Part shown: piece after piece, positions 8,090-15,390 of the stretch
How positions within the stretch are numbered: the stretch's first letter is position 1
Layout of the letters: every line of letters begins with the position of its first letter
Source: a virus
Taxonomy: Duplodnaviria; Caudoviricetes
Strand: one strand, 5' to 3'
Length of the DNA stretch: 29,546 nt
Virus record (IMG/VR): IMGVR_UViG_3300043633_000017
Coordinates: 1 to 29,546 of that record
The notes under the pieces: model-generated
What the model saw: only the letters and a program-made list of their open reading frames with translations
Told to the model about the DNA's origin: nothing
The model's database searches: none
Made by a program: the position numbers and the translations under genes

Positions 8090-9417
8090 TGGAGCTTTAC
8101 GAATACCAGAAGGCCACGGTGGACCTGATCCAGATCGGCGCGGACCCGACCTATCTCGCCTACGAGATGGGCACCGGCAAGACCGCCATCGCCATCGAGA
8201 CCGCCAAGCGCCGCAAGGTGAAGCGGCTGCTGGTGCTGTGTCCCGCCGTCGGCAAGCTGACGTGGGCCAAGGAACTCGCCCGGTGGTGGCCGGGAGTGCC
8301 GGTGACGATCATCGAGACACGCGACCACATGCGCTATCTCGACCATGACGGCGTGTTCGTCATGTCCTATTCCAGGATTTCCAGCGTCAACAACGGCTTC
8401 GACTTCGCCAACGCCGTCGCGCAGCACCCGAAGGGGTTCGCCATGACGGTGCTGGACGAGGCGCATCATTTGAAGAACCCGAAGGCGATCCGCACCAAGG
8501 GTGTGCTGATCACCATGCGCAACAAGCTTGGCTTCGTGCTGCCGATGTCCGGCACCCCAGCCCCCAACCACGCCGGGGAACTGTTCCCGATCCTGCGCAC
8601 CATCTTCCCGGAGACCGTGCGCAAGTCCAACGGCCAGCTGATGAAGCAGTACGAGTTCGAGGATACCTACTGTCAGGTGGTCAACAAATGGTTCAGCGGG
8701 CGCTCCGTCAGGACCATCGTCGGCTCCAAGAACATCGACGTGCTCAAGGCCCGGCTGGGCAAGCACTTCCTGCGCAAGACCAAGAAGCAGGTGCTGCCCG
8801 ACCTCCCCGACATGACCTTCGACACGTGGCCGGTGGCCGCGCCGAATGCCCCGGAGTGGAACGTCGACTGGCGCAGCATGAGCGACGACGAGATCGAGGC
8901 GTTCTTCACGAGCGGCGGCGCGCACGTCATGAAGATGCGCCACGAGATCGGGCTGGCCAAGGTGCCGGAGGCAGTGCAGGTGATCGCCGAGACACTGGAC
9001 AATTGCAGGCGCAAGGTGCTCGTCTTCGCGCACCACCAGGACGTCGTGCTGGGACTGCTCCACGGCCTCGCCGCGTACGGTCCGGTCGTCATCACCGGAG
9101 CCACCGGCAGCGCCGACCGGCAGCGGGCCATCGACGGCTTCCTCAACAATCCGGCGTGCCGGGTGTTCGTCGGCAACATTCAGGCGGCCGGGACCACGAT
9201 CACCCTGATCGGCCCTGCCAACGAGTGCTCCGACGTGTTCTTCGTCGAGTCGGATTTCTCGCCCGGCAACAACGTGCAGGCTGCGTCGCGTGTGCATAGG
9301 ATCGGGCAGAAGGACGCCGTGCAGGTCTGGTTCATCACCGCCCATGGCACCTACGACGATAGGATTCAGGAAATCGTCTCCCGCAAGGCGCGGGATTTTC
9401 ATCTCTTATTCGGCTAA
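8089..9417 (+). CDS. SNF2-family (SF2) helicase
   Basis: EMGTGKT, VLDEAHHLKN, MSGTPAPN, KVLVFAHH, QAASRVHRIGQ; TGATG-coupled start at 8089. Confidence 0.92.
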   Translation: MELYEYQKATVDLIQIGADPTYLAYEMGTGKTAIAIETAKRRKVKRLLVLCPAVGKLTWAKELARWWPGVPVTIIETRDHMRYLDHDGVFVMSYSRISSVNNGFDFANAVAQHPKGFAMTVLDEAHHLKNPKAIRTKGVLITMRNKLGFVLPMSGTPAPNHAGELFPILRTIFPETVRKSNGQLMKQYEFEDTYCQVVNKWFSGRSVRTIVGSKNIDVLKARLGKHFLRKTKKQVLPDLPDMTFDTWPVAAPNAPEWNVDWRSMSDDEIEAFFTSGGAHVMKMRHEIGLAKVPEAVQVIAETLDNCRRKVLVFAHHQDVVLGLLHGLAAYGPVVITGATGSADRQRAIDGFLNNPACRVFVGNIQAAGTTITLIGPANECSDVFFVESDFSPGNNVQAASRVHRIGQKDAVQVWFITAHGTYDDRIQEIVSRKARDFHLLFG

Positions 9418-9430
9418 GGAGGCCAAAAAC

Positions 9431-10003
9431 ATGACAGTCGTATTCGAATTTACCGGTGACAGCGTGGCGGACGTCCATGCGTCCATGATCGCGGCGCTGC
9501 CGCCCTCGACGCCAACCGACTTCATCGCCGAGATGGATTTCCAGTCGCTGATGCTGCGTGTCGGCGAGCGCGCCGAGGCCGAGGGCTACGACATGGAGGT
9601 CTGGAAGAAGGGTTCGCGCCCGGAGCCGGAGCTTGCGCCTTCCGAGAAGAAGAAGGAGGAGGCCCGCGCCAAGCTGCGCGGCGAACTCGTCGCGTCTCTA
9701 GCCGAGGGCGTCCACGCCACCGCCTCCGTCAAGGAGGAGATCAAGCAGGAGTTCGAGGCCGGGACCGAGGACAAGCCCGCCACCCCGAAGCAGCCCGCCA
9801 AGAAGGCCAAGGGCAACGGCAAGCCCGAGACCGACGAGCAGCGCAAGCAGCGCATCATCGTCCAGCTTCAGGAGATGTACACGGCTGGCCGCAAGGCCGA
9901 CGTCAACAAGCTGCTGTCGGAGTATGGTGACGGCACCCGCACCTTTTCGGCGATCCCCGCCGAGAAGTTCAAGGCGATCGAGTCGGCGCTGGAGACACTG
10001 TGA
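9431..10003 (+). CDS. Hypothetical phage protein of the type that precedes DUF2800
   Basis: TAAGGAGG RBS; charged linker and C-terminal VNKLLSEYG...FSAIPAEKF helical domain. Confidence 0.75.
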   Translation: MTVVFEFTGDSVADVHASMIAALPPSTPTDFIAEMDFQSLMLRVGERAEAEGYDMEVWKKGSRPEPELAPSEKKKEEARAKLRGELVASLAEGVHATASVKEEIKQEFEAGTEDKPATPKQPAKKAKGNGKPETDEQRKQRIIVQLQEMYTAGRKADVNKLLSEYGDGTRTFSAIPAEKFKAIESALETL

Positions 10004-10173
10004 TGGAGACTTACGAGAGGCACGAGTTCCCCAAGGGAATGCTGGATCGCAAGCCCGAGGGCTGGCGCTACGATCGTTTTCTGTTTCGGGAGATGTCCGA
10101 GCGCCTGACGCGGCTTCTGGAGCGCCGTCTTACCAGAGCCGAGAAGATCGAGAGACCGAAACTTAAAAACTGA
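10003..10173 (+). CDS. Hypothetical protein (56 aa)
   Basis: Hand-translated METYERHEFPKGML...ERPKLKN; TGATG coupling, GGAG RBS; stop lies inside motif copy 2. Confidence 0.55.
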   Translation: METYERHEFPKGMLDRKPEGWRYDRFLFREMSERLTRLLERRLTRAEKIERPKLKN

Positions 10174-10189
10174 AAAAATTTGATCGGGG
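10161..10189 (+). repeat. 29-bp AT-rich motif, copy 2
   Basis: ACTTAAAAACTGAAAAAATTTGATCGGGG. Confidence 0.85.
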
Positions 10190-10195
10190 CTGGAA

Positions 10196-11317
10196 ATGTC
10201 AGCACATGCACATGCGTCGCCGTCGTCGTCCGAGCAGTGGATTCCCTGCCCTGCGTCGGTGACCAAGGCGAGGGGCCGTGTCCGCAAGGCTACGGTCTAT
10301 ACCCGCGAGGGTTCGGCGGCGCACCAGCTTGCCGAGCGGATGCTCGCCGGAAAGCGGATGAAGGGGGTCAACTCCGTTCTGGTCGACGGCGAAGACGTTC
10401 CCGTCACCGAGGAGATGCTGGACGGTGTCAACACCTATGTCGCCTACGTCCAGTCGCTGCCCGGCATCAAGCAGTACGAGACCAAGGTCATCGTCGAGAG
10501 CGACGACGAGGAACTGTGGGGGACCGCCGACACCTTCGCCGTCGACGGCAGCACGGTCGAAATCGTCGACTTCAAGTACGGGCAGGGCGTGTGGGTCAAC
10601 GCCGACACGCCGCAGTTCCGCATCTATGCCTTGGGCGTGCTCAACCTCGTCGGCCCCTTCGTCGAGACGGTGAAGCTGACTGTGGTGCAGCCGCGCATGG
10701 ACCCGCTGCCGCGCAGCGCGACGCTGACCGTCGAGGAACTGGCGAGGTGGGGCTACGATGTTCTTCGTCCGGCGCTCGCCAGGCTGAAGGCCAACGACCA
10801 GACCGAGACACCGGGCGATCATTGCCGCTGGTGTGTCCGGGCAGGCGAGTGCCAGGCGCTGGCCGACCTCGCCATGGCCAACGCCAAGGTGGTGTTCGGA
10901 GACACCCCGCCGGAGCCGTCGTCGATGTCCGACAGGGAGATCGGCGAAATCCTCACCCACGGCGAGATGATCCTGGCGTGGGTCAACAAGCTGCGCGCCG
11001 AGGCGTCGGCCCGCATCGACAATGGCGGTGCCGTCCCCGGCTGGAAGCTGGTCCCCAAGAGGGCCGTCAGGAAGTGGGATGATCCCGAGGGCGCGATCCT
11101 CGCCATCAAGGACAAGCAGGTGCCGCTCACCGACATCCTGCGCATCGAGACCATCGGCACCGTCGAGAAGGTGCTGAAGCGTTACAAGGTCGACGTCAAG
11201 ATCATCAACCCCTACACGATCAAGCAATCGTCGGGGACCACTCTTGTGTCAGAAAGCGACGGTCGCCCCGCCGTTGACACGAAAAATGTATTTAGTGAGG
11301 TGGAACCACTTGACTAA
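10196..11317 (+). CDS. DUF2800 / Cas4-like PD-(D/E)xK exonuclease
   Basis: HAHASPSSSEQWIPCPAS, EGSAAH, WGTAD, IVDFKYGQG, Q..IYALG, PGDHCRWC...C. Confidence 0.9.
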   Translation: MSAHAHASPSSSEQWIPCPASVTKARGRVRKATVYTREGSAAHQLAERMLAGKRMKGVNSVLVDGEDVPVTEEMLDGVNTYVAYVQSLPGIKQYETKVIVESDDEELWGTADTFAVDGSTVEIVDFKYGQGVWVNADTPQFRIYALGVLNLVGPFVETVKLTVVQPRMDPLPRSATLTVEELARWGYDVLRPALARLKANDQTETPGDHCRWCVRAGECQALADLAMANAKVVFGDTPPEPSSMSDREIGEILTHGEMILAWVNKLRAEASARIDNGGAVPGWKLVPKRAVRKWDDPEGAILAIKDKQVPLTDILRIETIGTVEKVLKRYKVDVKIINPYTIKQSSGTTLVSESDGRPAVDTKNVFSEVEPLD

Positions 11318-11338
11318 ATGTCGAAGGGAGGGCTAGAT
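11290..11338 (+). promoter_or_regulatory. Putative promoter for the SSB gene with an overlapping imperfect palindrome
   Basis: CTTGAC (11309-11314)-N18-CTAGAT (11333-11338); palindrome ATTTAGTGAGGTGG-AA-CCACTTGACTAAAT (11290-11319). Confidence 0.5.
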
Positions 11339-11379
11339 GGAGTCGTCCCAATTAAGTCTGAACCGAAAGGAAATGTATC

Positions 11380-11922
11380 ATGGCTGCACTACTCACTCCC
11401 TACGCTACCCTCTCCTTCCCCACCCTGTTCACTCCCAAACCGCGCGCCGAAGGCGGCGAGGCGGTCTACTCCTGCGCGCTGCTGTTCGACGCCGCCGCGC
11501 AGAAGTCCAAGGAATACAAGGCGATGCAGGATGCCTGCGTCACGGCGTTCAAGGAGAAGTTCCCCGGCGCTTCGATGAATGGCGCGACCATGCCGTTCCG
11601 TGATGCTGGCGAGAAGGCCGACAAGTATCAGGGATACGAGCCGGGCGTGATGTACATCAACCCGTGGACCAAGAACAAACCCGGCATCGTCGATGCCCGC
11701 TTGCAGGACGTGATGCTGCCGGAGGAAGTCTATGCCGGTCAGCTGGTGCGCGCTCAGATCACCCCGTTCGCATGGGTCAACAGCGGCAAGAAGGGCGTGT
11801 CCTTCGGCCTCAACCACATCCAGATCGTCGCCAACCGCGACCGCATCGACGGTCGTGTCGCGGCCAACAAGGCGTTCTCGGCAATCGAGGACATGGAGGA
11901 AACCGAGGTGGCACCGTTCTGA
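11380..11922 (+). CDS. DUF2815 / gp2.5-like single-stranded DNA-binding protein
   Basis: LSFPTLFTP, PFRD, KPGIVD, EVYAG, GVSFGLNHIQ; acidic tail ending in Phe. Confidence 0.9.
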   Translation: MAALLTPYATLSFPTLFTPKPRAEGGEAVYSCALLFDAAAQKSKEYKAMQDACVTAFKEKFPGASMNGATMPFRDAGEKADKYQGYEPGVMYINPWTKNKPGIVDARLQDVMLPEEVYAGQLVRAQITPFAWVNSGKKGVSFGLNHIQIVANRDRIDGRVAANKAFSAIEDMEETEVAPF

Positions 11923-12119
11923 TGGACGCCGAGGAAAAGCTCGACCAGATCAAGTCTTGGTGCGACGCCTACCCGCTGGCAGTTTTCCCGGAGCCTGATT
12001 TCAAGAAGGCACGGGAGCTGCTGGAGGCTGGCGGCATGACACTCGACGCCATCAGCGCGAGCAATTTCCGGCACCTCCTTCTTGCTATCCGCCGCATCAT
12101 TGACAGGAAAGAAGCATGA
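11922..12119 (+). CDS. Hypothetical protein (65 aa)
   Basis: MDAEEKLDQIKSWCDAYPLAVFPEPDF...; TGATG coupling. Confidence 0.7.
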   Translation: MDAEEKLDQIKSWCDAYPLAVFPEPDFKKARELLEAGGMTLDAISASNFRHLLLAIRRIIDRKEA

Positions 12120-12271
12120 CCCTTCTGGAACGGGTGCGGTTCGCCATCGAGTGGCGACTTCGCAATAACAGGGACGCGGTCACCGACGAGGTGATCAACC
12201 GGATGACGCCGGTCGAACTGCTGACCGAGATCAGCGAGGCACTGGAACAAATGAAGAAGGAAGAAGCATGA
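12116..12271 (+). CDS. Hypothetical protein (51 aa)
   Basis: Hand-translated MTLLERVRFAIEW...QMKKEEA; ATGA overlaps at both ends. Confidence 0.6.
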   Translation: MTLLERVRFAIEWRLRNNRDAVTDEVINRMTPVELLTEISEALEQMKKEEA

Positions 12272-12621
12272 ACGACATCGCAGACAAGATTCTTGAGAGT
12301 GGGCTAGCAGACGCTCTCAAGGTGGCACCCGGCAGCGACAGGCTCACTCAGGTTCCGCGTGTGGAGCCATCGTTGCCGGACCAGATCGCGCAGCTCGAAA
12401 GGATCGAGCGCACCATAGAGGACAAGATCAGGCGCGAGCGCGTCGCCGTCATCACGGCGCACGACGAGCGCTGGACCAAGCTGCGCACCAACTACACGCG
12501 CGACCTGTCCGACATGCAGTCCCGGCTCTCGCGTGACCTCGCCGTGGCCCTGAAGGACCTTGAGGCGGAGACCGCGGCGAAGCTGCACCAGCTTGACCAG
12601 ATAGAGAAAAGGAGAGGCTGA
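12268..12621 (+). CDS. Hypothetical coiled-coil protein
   Basis: 117 aa, helical heptads, AAGGA RBS. Confidence 0.7.
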   Translation: MNDIADKILESGLADALKVAPGSDRLTQVPRVEPSLPDQIAQLERIERTIEDKIRRERVAVITAHDERWTKLRTNYTRDLSDMQSRLSRDLAVALKDLEAETAAKLHQLDQIEKRRG

Positions 12622-12626
12622 ACGCA

Positions 12627-12654
12627 ACGGGGGCTGGTTGGAGCCGGTCCTCGT
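12627..12654 (+). other. G-U-rich RNA hairpin in an intergenic gap
   Basis: ACGGGGGCTGGT-TGGA-GCCGGTCCTCGT; 12 pairs, 4 of them G-U; no U-tract. Confidence 0.45.
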
Positions 12655-12683
12655 ACCCACCCGCCAGAGAGAAGGGGCGATCG

Positions 12684-12881
12684 ATGTACGTGACCTATCT
12701 CGGCTACCGCATCGAGCGGAGAAGCCGCAACCGCATCGACATACGTGACCACACCGGGCGTCTGGTCCAGCGCAAGCCGCGCTGGACCGAGGCGCTGGAG
12801 TGGATTGAAGCGACCAGCAACAAGGAGAAGACCCATGGCCACGCGACACGGCCCGCAACTGCCCACGCTCATTTCGGATGA
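12684..12881 (+). CDS. Hypothetical protein (65 aa)
   Basis: AAGGGG RBS; MYVTYLGYRIE...EALEWIE. Confidence 0.55.
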   Translation: MYVTYLGYRIERRSRNRIDIRDHTGRLVQRKPRWTEALEWIEATSNKEKTHGHATRPATAHAHFG

Positions 12882-13050
12882 ACTACGGGACACCGACTGG
12901 CACGTCGAGTCCGGTGCCAAGCACTGGAAGATCATGATCGGCAACCACATGGTCGCCATCTGGCCGCGCGGCAACGTCGCCGCCGTCAACCGGCGCAGCA
13001 CCCTGATGACCCGCTCCCGCATCCGCCAGTGGAAGGACCAGCACCGATGA
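12835..13050 (+). CDS. Small basic protein, possible HicA-like fold
   Basis: AAGGAG RBS; ELRDTDWHVESGAKHWKIMIGNHMVAIWP. Confidence 0.6.
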   Translation: MATRHGPQLPTLISDELRDTDWHVESGAKHWKIMIGNHMVAIWPRGNVAAVNRRSTLMTRSRIRQWKDQHR

Positions 13051-13499
13051 GCCTCACCTTCGACAACAAGCAGCTTCAGCTGCTGCTCAACTCCGCCAAG
13101 GTGCGGTGGCCCTTGGGTCTCCGCGACTCCTATGCCGACGAAATACCGGGGGTGCCGGAGGAAGGCTTCTGGATCGTCGGCGACGACGGCGTCTACATCA
13201 TGCACAACGGGGCGCTTCCCGCTGGTGACGTGCTGCCGTTCGTCGTCTACGCCAACGAGTGCAACCCCAACACCATGCCGTTCGAGCAGTGGTGGGAGGT
13301 GAAGAACCGGACCTTCGGCGGCGACGACGGGGTCGAGTTCATCGCGCGGGCCTTCATGGAAACCCTCGTCGCCAGCGGCAACGACCTTGAGGTGCAGTTC
13401 ACCACGGACATGATGAATGCCGGGGAGGTCATCACCGACAAGGCGGACCCGAGACACTCCGACAACAGGGGCTTCGACGGCCCGACGGGAGCCGAGTGA
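13047..13499 (+). CDS. DUF3085 family protein
   Basis: FWIVGDDGVYIM, VVYANECNP, FGGDDGVEFI. Confidence 0.8.
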   Translation: MSLTFDNKQLQLLLNSAKVRWPLGLRDSYADEIPGVPEEGFWIVGDDGVYIMHNGALPAGDVLPFVVYANECNPNTMPFEQWWEVKNRTFGGDDGVEFIARAFMETLVASGNDLEVQFTTDMMNAGEVITDKADPRHSDNRGFDGPTGAE

Positions 13500-13579
13500 T
13501 GCTGCTGATCAACCTCTTCGCGGTCCTTGTCATCGCGTTCTTTCTCGTCACCGTGGCGGCGGGTGCCTTCAAGAAGTGA
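13499..13579 (+). CDS. Tiny single-TM peptide (26 aa)
   Basis: MLLINLFAVLVIAFFLVTVAAGAFKK; exactly fills the gap with TGATG and GTGA overlaps. Confidence 0.55.
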   Translation: MLLINLFAVLVIAFFLVTVAAGAFKK

Positions 13580-14226
13580 AGGTCTTCGTCGGCATGGAGA
13601 CGTCAGGCGTCATGCGCCGCGCCTTCGTTGCGCGCGGCCATGACGTCATCTCCTGCGACCTCCTGCCCTGCGAGGACAACTCGCCCGATCACTGGCAGAT
13701 GGATGTGTTCGAGGCGCTGAATCAGCTGTGGCTGTTCCGGGGATGGTGGCCGGACCTCGCCATCTTCCATCCGACCTGCACCTACCTGACCTGCTCCGCC
13801 GAGTGGGCCTATGGTCCCGGCCCCTACCACCAGAAGGTCAAGCCCGGCACCCTCGTCGGTGTCGCACGTGTGTGGGCACGGCTGGGGGCCGTCACCGAGT
13901 TCCTGGACCTCCTCAATTTGCCTATCAAAATGATAGCCGTCGAGAACCCCGTCGGCGTCATATCGAGGATCAGGAAGCCAACGCAAATAGTCCAGCCATG
14001 GTGGTTCGGCGACGACGCCAGCAAGGCGACGTGTCTCTGGCTCAAGAACCTGCCCAAGCTGACGCCGACGAAGGTCGTTCCACCAAGGATCGTCAACGGC
14101 CGCGAGCGTTGGGGTAACCAGACCGACTCCGGTCAGAACAAGCTGACGCCGGGGCCGAACCGCTGGAAGGATCGCGCCCGCACCTATGACGGCCTCGCCG
14201 CCGCCTGCGCCGCGATGTGGGGCTGA
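13576..14226 (+). CDS. Phage C5-cytosine methyltransferase-like protein
   Basis: KVFVGMETSG, SCDLLP, IFHPTCTYL, AVENPVG, QPWWFG, KATCLWL, RARTY.GLA.A.A.MWG. Confidence 0.8.
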   Translation: MKVFVGMETSGVMRRAFVARGHDVISCDLLPCEDNSPDHWQMDVFEALNQLWLFRGWWPDLAIFHPTCTYLTCSAEWAYGPGPYHQKVKPGTLVGVARVWARLGAVTEFLDLLNLPIKMIAVENPVGVISRIRKPTQIVQPWWFGDDASKATCLWLKNLPKLTPTKVVPPRIVNGRERWGNQTDSGQNKLTPGPNRWKDRARTYDGLAAACAAMWG

Positions 14227-14255
14227 ACTTAAAAACTGAAAAATTTTAGTCGGGG
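14227..14255 (+). repeat. 29-bp AT-rich motif, copy 3
   Basis: ACTTAAAAACTGAAAAATTTTAGTCGGGG at the junction of convergent operons. Confidence 0.85.
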
Positions 14256-14368
14256 TAGTTGTCGTCGTCGAGGCCCTTGCCGCTGCCGTTCCTGAACATC
14301 TGGGCGAAGGCCAGCCCGGCGATGAAAGAGACGCCGATCCAGATCAGGCAGATGATCCACCACTCCAT
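14246..14368 (-). CDS. Small single-TM membrane protein (40 aa)
   Basis: Hand-translated MEWWIICLIWIGVSFIAGLAFAQMFRNGSGKGLDDDNYPD; last gene of the virion operon. Confidence 0.6.
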   Translation of the reverse strand: MEWWIICLIWIGVSFIAGLAFAQMFRNGSGKGLDDDNYPD

Positions 14369-15136
14369 CTAGCCCAGCGCCCGGAAACGGTTCAGCAGGG
14401 GTCTCCCGGTCTTGGGATCGAGCATCGCGGCCTGCCCGACGGGCTTCACCTTGAACAGGTCCGCCAGCGATTCGTCGGTGGAGGGATTGATCGCTGGCGG
14501 TGCCTGCCCTTCCGGCCCAGGCTGTGAGGCGAGGGCGGACGGGGGGAGTGTGTCTCCCGCACCGCCCTCGGGTACGCCGAGGAGGTCGTTGTACCCTATG
14601 GGTTCGGAACCCTGTCGCTGTGGCGACGCATTGTCGACGGAGGAGGCGAGCGTGTCGGCGAGCGGCGAGTATTGGGGCGGCGGCGTGGCGGCCTCGGCTT
14701 CCTCGTAGAGATTGTTGTTGTTCAGGTAGGCGAAGGCGCTGGCGGCGTCGGCGGCGGGCGGCGGCGTCAGCGTGGTGTAGGCCGGTGCCGACGAGGTCGA
14801 GGTGGCCCCGGTGGTCTGGAGGATGTTCTCGCCATTGGCCGAAAGGTTCTCGCCCAGCGTCTTGTTGACGTCGATGGGCTTGCCGGTGCCGCGCATCAGC
14901 GCGACGGTGCTCTCGTCCCAACGCTTGACCGGTATCTTCGACGCGATCTGCGCCTGCTGCTCGTAGCTCGCGTGCAGCGGGTCGGGCGCGTATTGGCGGC
15001 CACCGAACTCGTCCCATGTCCCGGTGGTGATCTGGAAGTAGCCCTGCGCCTGCCCCGACGAGGTGCCCTGCGTGGTGTTGGCGATGTTGCGGCCACCGCT
15101 TTCGTTCTGGAGCAGGGCATTGAGGATGCCAGCCAT
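14369..15136 (-). CDS. Lysozyme-like lytic transglycosylase (Rpf-like) with Pro-rich tail
   Basis: LLQNESGG (catalytic Glu), AQGYFQITTGTW..FGG, ASYEQQ..IA; TGATG-coupled start at 15136. Confidence 0.85.
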   Translation of the reverse strand: MAGILNALLQNESGGRNIANTTQGTSSGQAQGYFQITTGTWDEFGGRQYAPDPLHASYEQQAQIASKIPVKRWDESTVALMRGTGKPIDVNKTLGENLSANGENILQTTGATSTSSAPAYTTLTPPPAADAASAFAYLNNNNLYEEAEAATPPPQYSPLADTLASSVDNASPQRQGSEPIGYNDLLGVPEGGAGDTLPPSALASQPGPEGQAPPAINPSTDESLADLFKVKPVGQAAMLDPKTGRPLLNRFRALG

Positions 15137-15390
15137 CAGATCACCTGTAGCCTGCGCGGCAGCGGCATCTGCTGGGCGTCGGGATCGATCCACTTCGTCG
15201 GTCCCTGCTCCCATGGATTGTCGGTGTGGCCCATGAGGACGCCCCACCGTCGCTTGAGCGCCTCCTGCTTGGCCGGGTCCATCTCCGTTTCAAGCCCCTT
15301 CAACCTTTCGTAGTCGGTCGGCGGCGGGGATGGCCGCGCCACGGCGGGGCGCTGGACGGCGGCCATGAGAAGGTCGGCAAGGTCCGGCAT
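15136..15390 (-). CDS. Hypothetical protein (84 aa)
   Basis: GGAG RBS, coupled at both ends; starts MPDLADLL. Confidence 0.7.
   Translation of the reverse strand: MPDLADLLMAAVQRPAVARPSPPPTDYERLKGLETEMDPAKQEALKRRWGVLMGHTDNPWEQGPTKWIDPDAQQMPLPRRLQVI

Noticed and set aside
10196-11317. Cas4-like gene as evidence of CRISPR-Cas
   Set aside because: DUF2800-type solo nuclease beside an SSB is a standard phage replication/recombination gene; no other cas genes
5941-14255. 29-bp repeats as a CRISPR array or invertible-segment ends
   Set aside because: Copies are about 4 kb apart and in direct orientation; no spacers or recombinase in the window
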